A DNA stretch of 64,000 nt. Origin: Blastocatellia bacterium (GTDB lineage Bacteria > Acidobacteriota > Blastocatellia > RBC074). Positions 27,268 through 37,695 of this stretch are shown here, in pieces (the stretch's first letter is position 1; each line of letters opens with the position of its first letter). Below the pieces are notes generated by a model. The model was given only the letters and a program-made list of their open reading frames with translations. It was not told the origin of the DNA and did no database searches. Made by a program: the position numbers and the translations under genes. Location of the stretch: contig DASRDU010000014.1 of assembly GCA_035652435.1 (NCBI GenBank), positions 1,359-65,358 on the forward strand. Reading direction: 5' to 3'.

Positions 27268-28932
27268 ATGCCGGATCACGATTTTGATCAGCTTCATCAA
27301 CTGGCGAGTGACTTCTGGCGGTGGCGCGCCTTTCACCAGCCGAATTCGAGTGACGACCTCCCGCGCGTTGAACGCCCGCGCAGCTGGGAGCCTGACTGGT
27401 CGGCCGCCGCCGTCGCGCGCCAGCGCCATGCGCTCGCCATGTTCGAAGCGCGCTGGCGGGAGATAGACGTCTCCACATGGCCGGTCCCGCAACGGGTGGA
27501 CTACAGGCTGATCGGGTCGGCGCTGGCGCGCGTGCGCTGGGAGCTGGACGTCCTGCGTTCCTGGGAGCGCAATCCGAGGTTCTACGTCTATCAGTCGCTC
27601 GGACAGCTCTTTGAAGAGTTGCTCAGGAACAAGCCTTTCGACCATGACCGCAGCGCGGAGGTCGTCAATTGCTTCAGGCGGGTCCCCGGACTGCTCGCCG
27701 ACGGGAAAGCCAACCTGGCAGAGACTGCCGTGAGGCCTTTCGCGGCGGCGACGCTGGAGGTTCTGGAAGACATCGGCCCGCGGCTGAGGAAGGTGGCGCA
27801 TGAACTCAAGCCACTGCTCGCGGGCGAAAGCGCCGGCCGGCTTGCCCCGGGTGCGGAGGAAGCCGTCACGGCCCTGGAGTCGTTCCGCGACTGGCTCCGG
27901 GAGCGGCTGCCCGCGATGACGGAAGAGATGGCGGTCGGGTGTGACGGCTACGCATGGTTTCTCCGCCACGTCGCGCTGATGCCGTTCACCTCAGGGCAAC
28001 TGCTGGCCATGGGCAGGCAGGAGTGGGAGCGGTCGGTCGCCTGCGAGGCCATCGCGCGGGAGCGGGCGAAGGGCTCGCCCGAACTCCCACTCTTCCCCGA
28101 TCAGGCGACACAGATGGCCCGCGAGGAGGAGGACGAGAAAGCGATCCGGCGGTTTCTGGAGGAGAACGATCTTCTGACAGTGCCTGCTCGGGTGCGGCAT
28201 TACCGCAACCTGCCGCTCCCGGCGTACGTCGAGCCGCTCGCCGGGCTCGGCGTGGTGGATGACCTGACCTCCCCCACGCGGCTTGATGAGTACGGCATCC
28301 GTTACATTCCGCAGCCCTCGCCCGCCCTGGGCTACTTCGAGCTTTCCTCGGCGCGCGACCCTCGCCCGCTCATCGTGCATGAAGGTGTCCCCGGACATTA
28401 CTTTCAGATGTCGCTTGCGTGGGCGCACGAAGACCCGATCCGCCGGCACTACTACGATTCGGGACCCAACGAAGGCATCGGCTTTTACGCCGAAGAGATG
28501 CTGCTCGAGGCTGGTCTGTTTGACTCGAGTCCCCGGACGCGGGAGATAATCTACAACTTCATGCGCCTGCGCGCCCTGCGGGTCGAGGTGGACGTCAGGC
28601 TCGCACTCGGGGCGTTCAGCATTGATGAGGCAACGGAGTGCCTGCGGGCCAGAGCGCCGATGGATTACGAGACGGCGCGGGCCGAGGCCATCTTCTTCGC
28701 CTCACTGCCCGGACAGGCCATCACCTACCAGATCGGCAAGCTGCAAATCATAAGGTTCCTGGCCGACGCGCGGCAGGCGATGGGCGAGCGCTTCAGCCTG
28801 CGCGCCTTCCACGACTACCTCTGGAAGAACGGGAACATCCCCATCGCGCTGCTGCGGTGGGAGTACCTCGGGCTGGAGGACGAAGTCACCAGTCTCGACG
28901 CCGATCAGCCGGATACTACACCCGGACGCTGA
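27268..28932 (+). CDS. DUF885 family protein (putative metallo-peptidase-like).
   Basis: DUF885 hallmark 'HEGVPGHYFQ' and overall ~550-aa length. No signal peptide is evident. Confidence 0.7.
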   Translation: MPDHDFDQLHQLASDFWRWRAFHQPNSSDDLPRVERPRSWEPDWSAAAVARQRHALAMFEARWREIDVSTWPVPQRVDYRLIGSALARVRWELDVLRSWERNPRFYVYQSLGQLFEELLRNKPFDHDRSAEVVNCFRRVPGLLADGKANLAETAVRPFAAATLEVLEDIGPRLRKVAHELKPLLAGESAGRLAPGAEEAVTALESFRDWLRERLPAMTEEMAVGCDGYAWFLRHVALMPFTSGQLLAMGRQEWERSVACEAIARERAKGSPELPLFPDQATQMAREEEDEKAIRRFLEENDLLTVPARVRHYRNLPLPAYVEPLAGLGVVDDLTSPTRLDEYGIRYIPQPSPALGYFELSSARDPRPLIVHEGVPGHYFQMSLAWAHEDPIRRHYYDSGPNEGIGFYAEEMLLEAGLFDSSPRTREIIYNFMRLRALRVEVDVRLALGAFSIDEATECLRARAPMDYETARAEAIFFASLPGQAITYQIGKLQIIRFLADARQAMGERFSLRAFHDYLWKNGNIPIALLRWEYLGLEDEVTSLDADQPDTTPGR

Positions 28933-29025
28933 AACTGGAACGCCATTCGGTCATCGAATATTTACTTGTCGACGCAATGTTCAATCGAACAAAGCCGGCG
29001 TGTTAACGCCTCGCAGGAAATCGCA

Positions 29026-31416
29026 ATGCCAATCACCCGAAGAAGAATAGTGCCTGTCAATCTCGCCATCGTCTCGCTCATTCTCGTGTGCGCTGCCCCG
29101 GCCCAGAAGATAACCAATGCCATCCCCGATGTTGCGCGCCCGCTGCCACTCGCGGCAGTCCGCCTGACGGGCGGGCCGCTCAAGCGCGCGCAGGATCTGG
29201 ACGCGGACTACCTGCTCAAACTCGAACCGGATCGCATGCTGGCTTTCTATCGCAAGCGGGCGGGGCTCGAACCGAAGGCGCAGCCTTACGGCGGCTGGGA
29301 CGGCGACGGCAGGAACCTGACCGGCCATATTGCCGGGCACTACCTCTCCGGCGTGAGCATGATGTACGCCGCGACAGGCGACGCGCGCTTCAAGGAGCGC
29401 GCCGATTACATCGTCCGCGAGTTCAAGGAAGTGCAGGACAAGTACGGCGACGGTTACCTCGGCGCGCTGGCCAACGGCAAAGAGCAGTTCATCGAAGTCT
29501 CCAAAGGCAACATCCGCTCGTCGGGCTTTGACCTGAACGGGCTCTGGTCGCCGTGGTACGTGTTGCACAAGACCTACGCGGGCCTGCGCGACGCGTACCG
29601 CTACACGGGTAACCGCGCGGCGCTCGAAGTCGAGACCAGATTCGCCGCCTGGGCCGAGGGGATTTTAGCGAAACTCGACGACGCGCAGTTGCAGAAGATG
29701 CTCAACACCGAATTCGGCGGCATGCCCGAAGTGCTGGCCGACCTCTACGCCGACACGGGCGACAAGCGCTGGCTCGCGCTGTCACATCGTTTCGATCACC
29801 GCGCCGTACTCGATCCGCTCGCGCGCCACGAGAACATCCTGCCCGGGCTGCACGGCAACACGCAGGTGCCGAAGATCCAGGGCTCGCTCGTGCGCTACGC
29901 TTACACGGGCGACAAGGCCGACGGCGACGCGGCGCATTTCTTCTGGGAGACTGTCGTCAGGCATCACAGCTTCGCCACGGGGGGCCACGGCAAGGACGAA
30001 TACTTCGGCCCGCCCGACCGGTTGAGCGACCGCGTTGACGGGCGCACCGCCGAGACCTGCAACGTCTACAACATGATCAAGATGACGCGAAAGCTCTTCG
30101 CGCTCCACCCCGACATCAAATACGCCGAGTTCCACGAGCGCGCGCTCTTCAACCACATCCTGGGCTCGATGGACCCGGAGGACGGGCGGACCTGTTACAT
30201 GGTGCCCGTCGGGCACGGCGTCCAGCACGAGTACCAGGATATGTTCCGCAGCTTCACCTGCTGCGTCGGCTCCGGCATGGAGAGCCACGCGCTGCACGGC
30301 GACGGGCTCTATTACGAATCGGGCGACAAGCTCTGGGTCAACATCTACGCGCCCTCGACGGCCAGATGGGAGGCGGCGGGCGCAGACCTCGTGATGGACA
30401 CCAATTTCCCCGAAGGCGAAGCGGCGACGCTCAAGCTGACGCTCAAGGCGCCCCGACAGTTCACGCTGGCGCTGCGCCGCCCTTCGTGGGCGGGCGACGG
30501 GTTCACCGTCAGGGTCAACGGTCAGCCCGTCAAACAGGTTGCTCCTCCCGGCTCGTATGTCGAACTCAGCCGGAAATGGAAGACGGGCGACACGGTCGCG
30601 TTGGCCCTGCCGAAGGCGCTGTGGCTGGAGCCGTTGCCCGACAACAAACGTGTGACCGCGATTATGTGGGGGCCGCTCGTCCTGGCGGGTGACCTGGGGC
30701 CGGAGCGCGCTCGCGGCCGCGGCGCCCAGGGGGCAGGTCAGGCGGGCGCGCAACCGCTCAGCATCCCTTCGCTCGTCGCGGCGGAGCGGCCCTTGTCGGA
30801 GTGGGTTAAGGCGGCTGACAATCCGGCCACCTTCCGCACCGCCGGAGTCGGGCGCGAGCAGGACGTGGATCTCGTGCCGTTTTACCGCCTGCACCGGCGC
30901 GCGTACTCAATCTACTTTGACCTGTTCACACCCGCGGAGTGGGAGAAGAAGGCCGCCGAGCTGCTCGCCGAGCGGGAGCGGCAGCGCAGGCTGGAAGCGG
31001 CGACGGTCGCCTTCGTGCAGCCGGGCGAGATGCAACCCGAACGCGATTTCAACCAGCAGGGCGAAGAGACCAGCCCGGTGCGCATCGCCGGCCGGCCCGG
31101 CCGCAGCGCCAGAAAATGGTTCTCCTTCGACCTGCCGGTTGACCCGGCCCACCCGGTGAAACTGATCGCGACTTACCACGACGAAGAGCGGGCGACCCGC
31201 ACGTTCGACGTCCTGGTGGACGGCACGCGCGTCGGCGAACAACGCGTCGAGCGGCACCGCCCCGGCAGTCCGAGCAAAGGCTTCTTCGATGTCGAATACA
31301 CCATTCCCGCCGACCTGGCCAGGGGAAAACAGAAAGTGACGGTGCGCTTCCAGGCGACGGGCGGGAATGAGACCGCCGGCGTCTTCGGCGTCCGCATGGT
31401 CCGCGCGGACAAGTGA
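29026..31416 (+). CDS. GH127 (DUF1680) beta-L-arabinofuranosidase-like protein, paralog 2.
   Basis: Start at 'MPITRRRIVPVNLAIVSLILVCAAPAQ' after AGGAAA. 'WYVLHKTYAGLRD', 'NTQVPKIQGSLVRYAYTG', 'FTCCVGSGMESHALHGD'. About 45% identity by eye to the copy at 12079-14457, including the C-terminal extension. Confidence 0.85.
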   Translation: MPITRRRIVPVNLAIVSLILVCAAPAQKITNAIPDVARPLPLAAVRLTGGPLKRAQDLDADYLLKLEPDRMLAFYRKRAGLEPKAQPYGGWDGDGRNLTGHIAGHYLSGVSMMYAATGDARFKERADYIVREFKEVQDKYGDGYLGALANGKEQFIEVSKGNIRSSGFDLNGLWSPWYVLHKTYAGLRDAYRYTGNRAALEVETRFAAWAEGILAKLDDAQLQKMLNTEFGGMPEVLADLYADTGDKRWLALSHRFDHRAVLDPLARHENILPGLHGNTQVPKIQGSLVRYAYTGDKADGDAAHFFWETVVRHHSFATGGHGKDEYFGPPDRLSDRVDGRTAETCNVYNMIKMTRKLFALHPDIKYAEFHERALFNHILGSMDPEDGRTCYMVPVGHGVQHEYQDMFRSFTCCVGSGMESHALHGDGLYYESGDKLWVNIYAPSTARWEAAGADLVMDTNFPEGEAATLKLTLKAPRQFTLALRRPSWAGDGFTVRVNGQPVKQVAPPGSYVELSRKWKTGDTVALALPKALWLEPLPDNKRVTAIMWGPLVLAGDLGPERARGRGAQGAGQAGAQPLSIPSLVAAERPLSEWVKAADNPATFRTAGVGREQDVDLVPFYRLHRRAYSIYFDLFTPAEWEKKAAELLAERERQRRLEAATVAFVQPGEMQPERDFNQQGEETSPVRIAGRPGRSARKWFSFDLPVDPAHPVKLIATYHDEERATRTFDVLVDGTRVGEQRVERHRPGSPSKGFFDVEYTIPADLARGKQKVTVRFQATGGNETAGVFGVRMVRADK

Positions 31417-31438
31417 AGTTGAGACAGGAGCGCCCGGC

Positions 31439-33001
31439 CTATTTCAACCGCAGCCGCAGAATAGTCAGCGAATGCGCCGGGAAGGTATAACTGAAGCCGT
31501 TATTTTCCACTGACGCAGAAAATGTGCGCGTGACGGGCCGGACTTTTTTGTCGTCGCCGAAAGTGTGCGTCGCTTTCAGGTCGGGGTGATTCATCTCCCA
31601 GACGCCGACCTCGCTTTCCAGCCGGCCCTCCTGATTATCAATCCGCGTCGCAATGTCTTTATCCTTGCTGCGATTCAGGACGTTCACGCAGATCGCGCGT
31701 TCCGTCGCGTTGTACGTCGTCGAAACGTCCAGATAACGCAGCGGCGGCCGGTTGCCGACTTTGTAGGTCGGCGCGGAGACGAAAACGTCGAGAGCCTTGT
31801 TCCCGCGCTGTTTTGAGAACTCCGCCAGCGGGAAGTAGATCGGTTGCAGGAACAGCCCCTGTTTATTGGTCATGATCGGCGCAATCACATTGACCATCTG
31901 TGCCAGGTTGGCCATCTTCACGACGTCGGCATGGCGGAAGAACGAGTTGAAGAACATCCCCATCGCCAGCGCGTCCTCGAAGTTATAAACCTCCTCCAGC
32001 TTCTCGCGGTTCCCGGTGCGGTACCAGACGTTCCATTCGTCGTAGGCGATGTAGAGCGGCCGCGGGCTCGGGTTGCCCGACTGCGCCTGGCGGATCAGCC
32101 CCGCGGTGATCTCGATGTAATGGTCAATCGTCTGCGACCACGCCAGGAATTTTTCCAGATCGTTGTCGCGGTTGTTGATGTAGGTGTGGATCGCGATGTA
32201 GTCGGCGGTGTTCCTGAGCGTCTGGAGTACGGTGCGATTCCAGTGAATCCAGTCGGCGCCGTAGTTGCTCGACCCGCTGGCGACCAGTTTGATGTCGCGG
32301 TCCACGAGTCGCATCGCCTTGGCCGCTTCGAGCGCGAATTTTGAATACTCCTCGGCGCTCTTGTTGCCGAGCTGCCACGGGCCGTCAATCTCATTGCCGA
32401 GCGCCCAGTATTTGACCTTCCAGGGCTGCTCGCGCCCGTTCCTGCGCCGCTGGTCGGCCCACCAGGTGTGGCGCGACTCGTTGCAGTACTCGACCCAGTG
32501 GCGCGCGTCGTCAATCGTGCCGAGGCCCGCGTTGATGCAGATGTAGGGCTCGGCCCCGATCATCTCGCAATACCTCAAAAACTCATCGGTGCCGAAGCGG
32601 TTGCTTTCCAGATCGTTCCAGGCCAGCTCGGGCCGCACCGGGCGCTGATCCTTCGGCCCGATGCCATCCTTCCAGTTGTAGCCCGACGCGAAGTTCCCGC
32701 CCGGCCAGCGCAGGATCGAAACGTTCAGCTGTTTGACCACATCCAGCACGTCCCTGCGGTAGCCGTCCCTGTCGGCAAGCGGGCTGCCTTCTTCATAGAT
32801 GCCGCCGTAGATCATCCGCCCCAGGTGTTCGGTGAAGTTGCCGAAGAGCAGCGGACTGACTTCGCCGATGGTGCGGTCAACGTCAATCTTGATGCGCGCC
32901 TGCGGCGCCACCGCGGACTGCCCCTCGGCGGCGGGCAGTCCGACGAACAGCGGGCAGGCGACGATGATGATCGTGAGCAAACGAGTCGCAAGAGTGCGCA
33001 T
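31439..33001 (-). CDS. GH51 alpha-L-arabinofuranosidase, paralog 2 (Sec signal).
   Basis: '[21 protein letters not shown]', '[13 protein letters not shown]', 'YDEWNVWY', and the C-terminal beta-sandwich. Its stop lies 22 nt from the convergent GH127 stop. Confidence 0.9.
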   Translation of the reverse strand: MRTLATRLLTIIIVACPLFVGLPAAEGQSAVAPQARIKIDVDRTIGEVSPLLFGNFTEHLGRMIYGGIYEEGSPLADRDGYRRDVLDVVKQLNVSILRWPGGNFASGYNWKDGIGPKDQRPVRPELAWNDLESNRFGTDEFLRYCEMIGAEPYICINAGLGTIDDARHWVEYCNESRHTWWADQRRRNGREQPWKVKYWALGNEIDGPWQLGNKSAEEYSKFALEAAKAMRLVDRDIKLVASGSSNYGADWIHWNRTVLQTLRNTADYIAIHTYINNRDNDLEKFLAWSQTIDHYIEITAGLIRQAQSGNPSPRPLYIAYDEWNVWYRTGNREKLEEVYNFEDALAMGMFFNSFFRHADVVKMANLAQMVNVIAPIMTNKQGLFLQPIYFPLAEFSKQRGNKALDVFVSAPTYKVGNRPPLRYLDVSTTYNATERAICVNVLNRSKDKDIATRIDNQEGRLESEVGVWEMNHPDLKATHTFGDDKKVRPVTRTFSASVENNGFSYTFPAHSLTILRLRLK

Positions 33002-33082
33002 GTAATGTTCTCCTGATTAATGTGTCGTATGCGTTCGGCGTGGTTCGTGACGCGCGGCTTCACAAACCGCGCAGTAATCAGG

Positions 33083-33952
33083 CTACTCGATCTTCGCCAC
33101 GCCATTGCCCGGCTTCGGAAACTTCACAAAGACCGCCGGATCATGGCCGGGCACGATCAGCCGGGGAGTGGAAGCGAGTTGCTTCATCCGCTCCTGCGCC
33201 CGCAGGTTCGACGCGGCGTCGAGCGTTTGCGCGATGGGCGCGCCTTTGTCGAGGTTCTCGTACAGATACAGATTATCCGAAGCCACGACCGCCCTGCCGC
33301 TGCGTGTGTTGACGCTGACGTACTGCGAGGCGTAAGTGTGGCGACCGCCTGTGAAGCAGCGGATGCCGGGGATCGGCTCCTGATTATCGCCCCTGACGAA
33401 CCCGACGCGGCCTTCGGTGTTGAGTCTGACCAGCGCCAGCACGTCTTCCGATTCGATGCCGCCGTGCGTGTTGCGCGCCTGCCACGCTTCGCCCGCGTAG
33501 TAGCTGAACTCTTCCTGCTGAATCCAGATGCGTGCCCTGGGGAACAAGTCCACGCCGTCCGCGTGATCCCAGTGCATGTGCGTGATGATGAGGTCGGCGA
33601 CGTCTTCCGGCCTGAGTCCGACTTTGGCGATGGCTTCCGAAGGCTTGACGTAATCCCTGACCTTCCATTGCCGGAAAAACTTGTCGCGGTAAAAGCCCGC
33701 GTCTACGAGGATGTTGCGCCCGCCCGGCCCTTTGAGCAGCCAGACCATCATTTGAATATCCAGCTTGCGCAACTTGTCCGCGCCCGCGACCAGCGACGAA
33801 ACCGGGAAGTCAGGAATGACGCCGTAGCTGATCGCGTAGATTTCATAGACTGGCGGCTCTGGCGGCGGCGTTTGCTGTCGGGTCACAGCCAGGGGGAGCG
33901 TTGCCGTGCAGCAAAGCAATAGTGCGAAGAAGGAAAGCATCAATCGTTGCAT
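33083..33952 (-). CDS. Secreted MBL-fold metallo-hydrolase (lactonase-like).
   Basis: Signal peptide 'MQRLMLSFFALLLCCTATLPLA'. 'ITHMHWDHADG' HxHxDH motif. Confidence 0.8.
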   Translation of the reverse strand: MQRLMLSFFALLLCCTATLPLAVTRQQTPPPEPPVYEIYAISYGVIPDFPVSSLVAGADKLRKLDIQMMVWLLKGPGGRNILVDAGFYRDKFFRQWKVRDYVKPSEAIAKVGLRPEDVADLIITHMHWDHADGVDLFPRARIWIQQEEFSYYAGEAWQARNTHGGIESEDVLALVRLNTEGRVGFVRGDNQEPIPGIRCFTGGRHTYASQYVSVNTRSGRAVVASDNLYLYENLDKGAPIAQTLDAASNLRAQERMKQLASTPRLIVPGHDPAVFVKFPKPGNGVAKIE

Positions 33953-34225
33953 TTTTGCTGGTACCTTCGTCCGGTGCGGTTTGTGATGTGCGACTTCACA
34001 GACTGAACAGCGATCCTACAATATAACGCGCCCCTTCAGCTACCACGGCGCAGGCGAAATCAGCCAGGGCAACTTCGAGCAGAATTGGTTTGCCGCAGTC
34101 AGGTTCAACTCAAGTCCCGGCTGCTTCACCGAGCCGCGTCCGTATCCAGCACCGCCTTCAATTTCGCCAGCGTATGCAACCGGCTTGTAGTGAGAGGATG
34201 ATTGGCCTGCCCGGAGGCGCAGTAC

Positions 34226-36553
34226 TCACAATCTGACTTCAATCGGTCGCCCCGAAAACACAACTTTGCGGGTCGTCTTTTCAGCCGCAAGCCGAACTTC
34301 GATTTCGCGTCGCGATGGCGGCAGCATTTTTGAGCCTTGTGCCAGGCGCAACGACAGCGTGCGGCGCGCGTTGTTCCAGACGATCTGCATCTTCATCCAT
34401 TCCCCGCGGCGGTAATTGAAAGTCGCGCCGTCATCTTCATAAAGCGTGAACGCCCCGTCAGCGCCGGGGTAGACCACGAGCGTCAGCGGGCCGTCCACAG
34501 GCTCGCCCGTGTACTGTCTGAGCGGGCCGAACGGGATGATCGCCCCGGCGCGGACGTGAAGCGGCATCGTCGCCGGATCCACCGGGCGGTTGACCTCGCG
34601 CCCGCCCGCGACCTTCTCTTCGGTCCAGAAGTCATACCAGTCGCCGCGCGGCAAATACAACTGGCGCGAGCTTGCGCCTTTTTCCGTGACGGGCGCGACC
34701 AGCACGTCGCGGCCCCATAAATACTCATCGCCGCGCGCGACCGCCGCCGCGTCGTCGGGGTAATGCAGCCAGAGCGCGCGCATGATCGGCAACCCCGTCT
34801 CGTGACATTCGCGCACGGCGGAGTAGAGGTACGGCATCATCCGGTAACGCAGCTCCAGATACTTTTTGCAGATCGGTTCAACCTCGGCGTTGTGCAATTC
34901 ACCCGGATCGGGATTGGCCGCGCCGCCGGTGTAACTGGCGATCTCGTCATGTCCGAGTTCGCCCGTGTTCCACCCCCACGGCAGCCGCAGGTGCCACGTC
35001 CGCCCGTGCGCGCGAAAGAGCGGGCAGAAGGCGCCGAACTGGAACCAGCGCACATGCAGTTCGCCCGTATATTCTTTAGTGGGCACGAAACCGCCGATGT
35101 CGGTGCCCCACCAAGGAATGCCCGTCAGCGCCGTGTTGACGGCGATGGGCACGTGTACTTTCAGCGTCTCCCACGTCGAATAGACGTCGCCCGACCAGAG
35201 GAAGGCGGCGTAACGCTGCATCCCCGCGTGTCCGTTGCGGTGGAGCGCGAAGACGCGCTGGTTCGGGCGCAGTTGCTGCGAGCCCTCGTAATACATGCGG
35301 ATGCGGGCGAGCCGCGACGGCGCATCCAGCCCGTCGCCCTGATCGGGCCACCAGCCGTCAATGCCCGTATCATAGAGCGGTTTGTGTGCCGGCCAGTAGC
35401 AACTGACCTGCCGGTCGTCAGGCCACCTGCCGTCGGGCGTGCGCCCGCCCGGCAGCGGCGCGGCGGTGCAGGGATCGTTGACGGTGCCAGTCAGCCGCCG
35501 CCCTTCCAGCACGGTGTGGAGTACGACTTTGAAATGCTGCGCATGGAGTTCGTTAATCATCCCCTTCGGGTCGGGGAAATTCTTCGGGTGCCAGGTGAAC
35601 TCGCCGTTGTGTGTGTTCCAGCCCGATGGCGTGAAATCGGTGCCCAGGTAGATCAGCGCATCGCACGGCAGCTTCTTCTCACGGAAGTTGCGCGCCACCC
35701 GCCTGATTTCTTCAGGGCCGGCCAGCGTGCGGTGTGATTGCAGATAGCCGAATGACCAGAGCGGCGGCAGTTCCGGCCAGCCCGTCAGCCGCGCGTATTC
35801 GGCCATCACCTGCGCCGGCTCTTCCGCGCTGACGACGAAAACATCGAGCGGCAGCGCCCCGACGGGACTGCCCTCCAACGCGCCCGCCACGCTGCTTGCC
35901 GGCCTGTCGATGCCTCTGGGAGTCAGCCGGCCTTCCTTCCCCGTGAGGTCAAAGGAGCCCAGAGGGTGATGGATGAACATCGCCCAGCCGCCCGTCCCGA
36001 TCAGCCATTGAATCGGCACGCGCCCGCCGTGCGTCCGCAACTGGTAGCCGCCCTGCCCGTTGCGATTGCTGTAGGTCTGGCCGCGCCGGTCGAACTGCGG
36101 CCCGCCCTCGCCGAAGCCGAGGATCGGCTGATCGCCTGCAAGAAAATTCAGCACGCCCGTCCGCTGATCCAGCCGCAATTGTTGCACCAGCCGCCCGTCG
36201 CCTGCTTCCACGCGAATCGTCAGTGGCTCCGGCGACAACTTCACCCGCAGATTCCCACAACGCACGCTCTGTTCAGGCGCCAGCTTCGTCAGCCGTGCGA
36301 CCGGCGCCGGCCACGATTGCTGCGCCAGGGAGCCATCGAGCGGGATCGGTTGTGGTTTGCCGTCTTCGACGGGTACGACGCTCAGGCGCACCGTCCGGGC
36401 GCTCACCGAAGTGACGGCAATCTCGACGGGCCTCCCCACAACGCGAATCCCGGCATCCTGCGGCGGGTGGGCCAGCCGGGAATTCAACAGCGCGCAGGCG
36501 CCCGCCGAGCTAAAACTTTTCAACGCGTCCCTGCGAGAGATTGGTTTTGTCAT
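34226..36553 (-). CDS. GH31 glycoside hydrolase (alpha-glucosidase / alpha-xylosidase / alpha-galactosidase type), Tat-secreted.
   Basis: The start was reassigned to 'MTKPISRRDALKSFSSAGACALL' (Tat). GH31 catalytic region 'GIDGWWPDQGD' and 'FLWSGDVYSTWETLKVHVPIAVNTALTGIPWWGTDIGGF'. Confidence 0.85.
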   Translation of the reverse strand: MTKPISRRDALKSFSSAGACALLNSRLAHPPQDAGIRVVGRPVEIAVTSVSARTVRLSVVPVEDGKPQPIPLDGSLAQQSWPAPVARLTKLAPEQSVRCGNLRVKLSPEPLTIRVEAGDGRLVQQLRLDQRTGVLNFLAGDQPILGFGEGGPQFDRRGQTYSNRNGQGGYQLRTHGGRVPIQWLIGTGGWAMFIHHPLGSFDLTGKEGRLTPRGIDRPASSVAGALEGSPVGALPLDVFVVSAEEPAQVMAEYARLTGWPELPPLWSFGYLQSHRTLAGPEEIRRVARNFREKKLPCDALIYLGTDFTPSGWNTHNGEFTWHPKNFPDPKGMINELHAQHFKVVLHTVLEGRRLTGTVNDPCTAAPLPGGRTPDGRWPDDRQVSCYWPAHKPLYDTGIDGWWPDQGDGLDAPSRLARIRMYYEGSQQLRPNQRVFALHRNGHAGMQRYAAFLWSGDVYSTWETLKVHVPIAVNTALTGIPWWGTDIGGFVPTKEYTGELHVRWFQFGAFCPLFRAHGRTWHLRLPWGWNTGELGHDEIASYTGGAANPDPGELHNAEVEPICKKYLELRYRMMPYLYSAVRECHETGLPIMRALWLHYPDDAAAVARGDEYLWGRDVLVAPVTEKGASSRQLYLPRGDWYDFWTEEKVAGGREVNRPVDPATMPLHVRAGAIIPFGPLRQYTGEPVDGPLTLVVYPGADGAFTLYEDDGATFNYRRGEWMKMQIVWNNARRTLSLRLAQGSKMLPPSRREIEVRLAAEKTTRKVVFSGRPIEVRL

Positions 36554-36806
36554 CGGTTTGTTTCCGGCCGGCGGGGTGCAGCCGGCGCAAGGGACAGCCA
36601 GGTTAAAAACGAACGATCCGGTTCCGCGTAGAGAGTCTGCGCATGCCCCACAAAGGCGCGCATTCCGCATAATGAAAGCGCGGGGGAAAGTAATTCGTCT
36701 TGTATTCACTCAGGGGCGATTGGATGGCATTGCAGGGGCACTTTAGAGAAACATCGCCAGCCTCTTCCCCTGACGCCCGGACACACAATCGCAGACCGAT
36801 CCGGGA

Positions 36807-37517
36807 TTACTTCCGCTGTTGCTTGATGAACTCCTTCATATCACACCCCGCTTTCGTGATGTGACGTTCCAGCAGCCGGCTGGCCGCCCCGGCGTCGCGC
36901 CGGCGGCACAGCTCCAGAATCGTCCGGTGTTCATCCCTCGCGTGACGGTGGGCATCACGCGAGAAGAGGATGTGCAGGCGGATGTAACGATCCGCGTTGT
37001 TGTTGATCGTCTGGATGAGCGAGAGCGAGCGCGCCCGGCCCGCCGCCCGATAAAGTGTCGAATGAAACTGCCAGTGCAGTTCGCCCCAGACGTCGAAGTC
37101 CGATTCGTCGTTGAGCGCCCGCTCGTAGTCCTCCAGCACCTTTTCGGCGCGCGCGAGGTCTTCGTCAGTCAGGCGCGGAACGGCCCGGCGCAGGGTGAGG
37201 CTCTCGATCGCCGCGCGAATCTCGAACAGCTCCTCGATCTCCTCAGGGGAGAGCGCGGCCACGACTGCGCCACGATGATCAATGATCTTGATCAGGCCTT
37301 CGGCCTCGAGCTGGCGAAAGGCCTCACGCAGGGGGATCCGGCTGACCGCGAATTCCTCGGCGATGGCGTGCTGGCGCAACTGCTCCCCCTCGCGTAATTC
37401 GCCGCGCAGGATCTTCTCCCGCAGCCGGTCGGCCACGGCGGAGGTCAGCGTCTGGCGGCGAATCGGCTGGCGGGAGTCGAGACCCCCATTGGGTTGTGCG
37501 TTCATCTGCCTCAGCAT
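36807..37517 (-). CDS. GntR-family (FadR/FCD subfamily) transcriptional regulator.
   Basis: wHTH 'RLREKILRGELREGEQLRQHAIAEEFAVSRIPLREAFRQLEAEGLI' plus an FCD-type helical C-domain. GGAGG RBS 8 nt upstream. It sits inside the minus-strand glycan operon. Confidence 0.85.
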   Translation of the reverse strand: MLRQMNAQPNGGLDSRQPIRRQTLTSAVADRLREKILRGELREGEQLRQHAIAEEFAVSRIPLREAFRQLEAEGLIKIIDHRGAVVAALSPEEIEELFEIRAAIESLTLRRAVPRLTDEDLARAEKVLEDYERALNDESDFDVWGELHWQFHSTLYRAAGRARSLSLIQTINNNADRYIRLHILFSRDAHRHARDEHRTILELCRRRDAGAASRLLERHITKAGCDMKEFIKQQRK

Positions 37518-37695
37518 TGCTCAGCCTCCGGGATTCGGGAGTCGCTATTCAAGGTCGCACTGATGTGATAACACAACGCCCATGCCGCCTCAAGAGAGGA
37601 CTACTCGTTTCAGCCGGAAAGTCCTGGAGAAGTGAAAGCCGGCTTGAACCGGCTCAGGGAAAAAATCGGCGGCCGACGGTCCCGGCACATCCGCC

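Noticed and set aside
33030-34010. Weakly similar hairpin-containing motifs ('GCGCGGCTTCACAAACCGCGC' at ~33047-33067 and 'GCGGTTTGTGATGTGCGACTTCACAGAC' at ~33970-33997) flanking the MBL hydrolase gene, suggesting it might be a mobile insertion.
   Set aside because: Similarity is limited to ~10-11 nt cores. Both are better explained as independent terminator-like stem-loops in GC-rich spacers.
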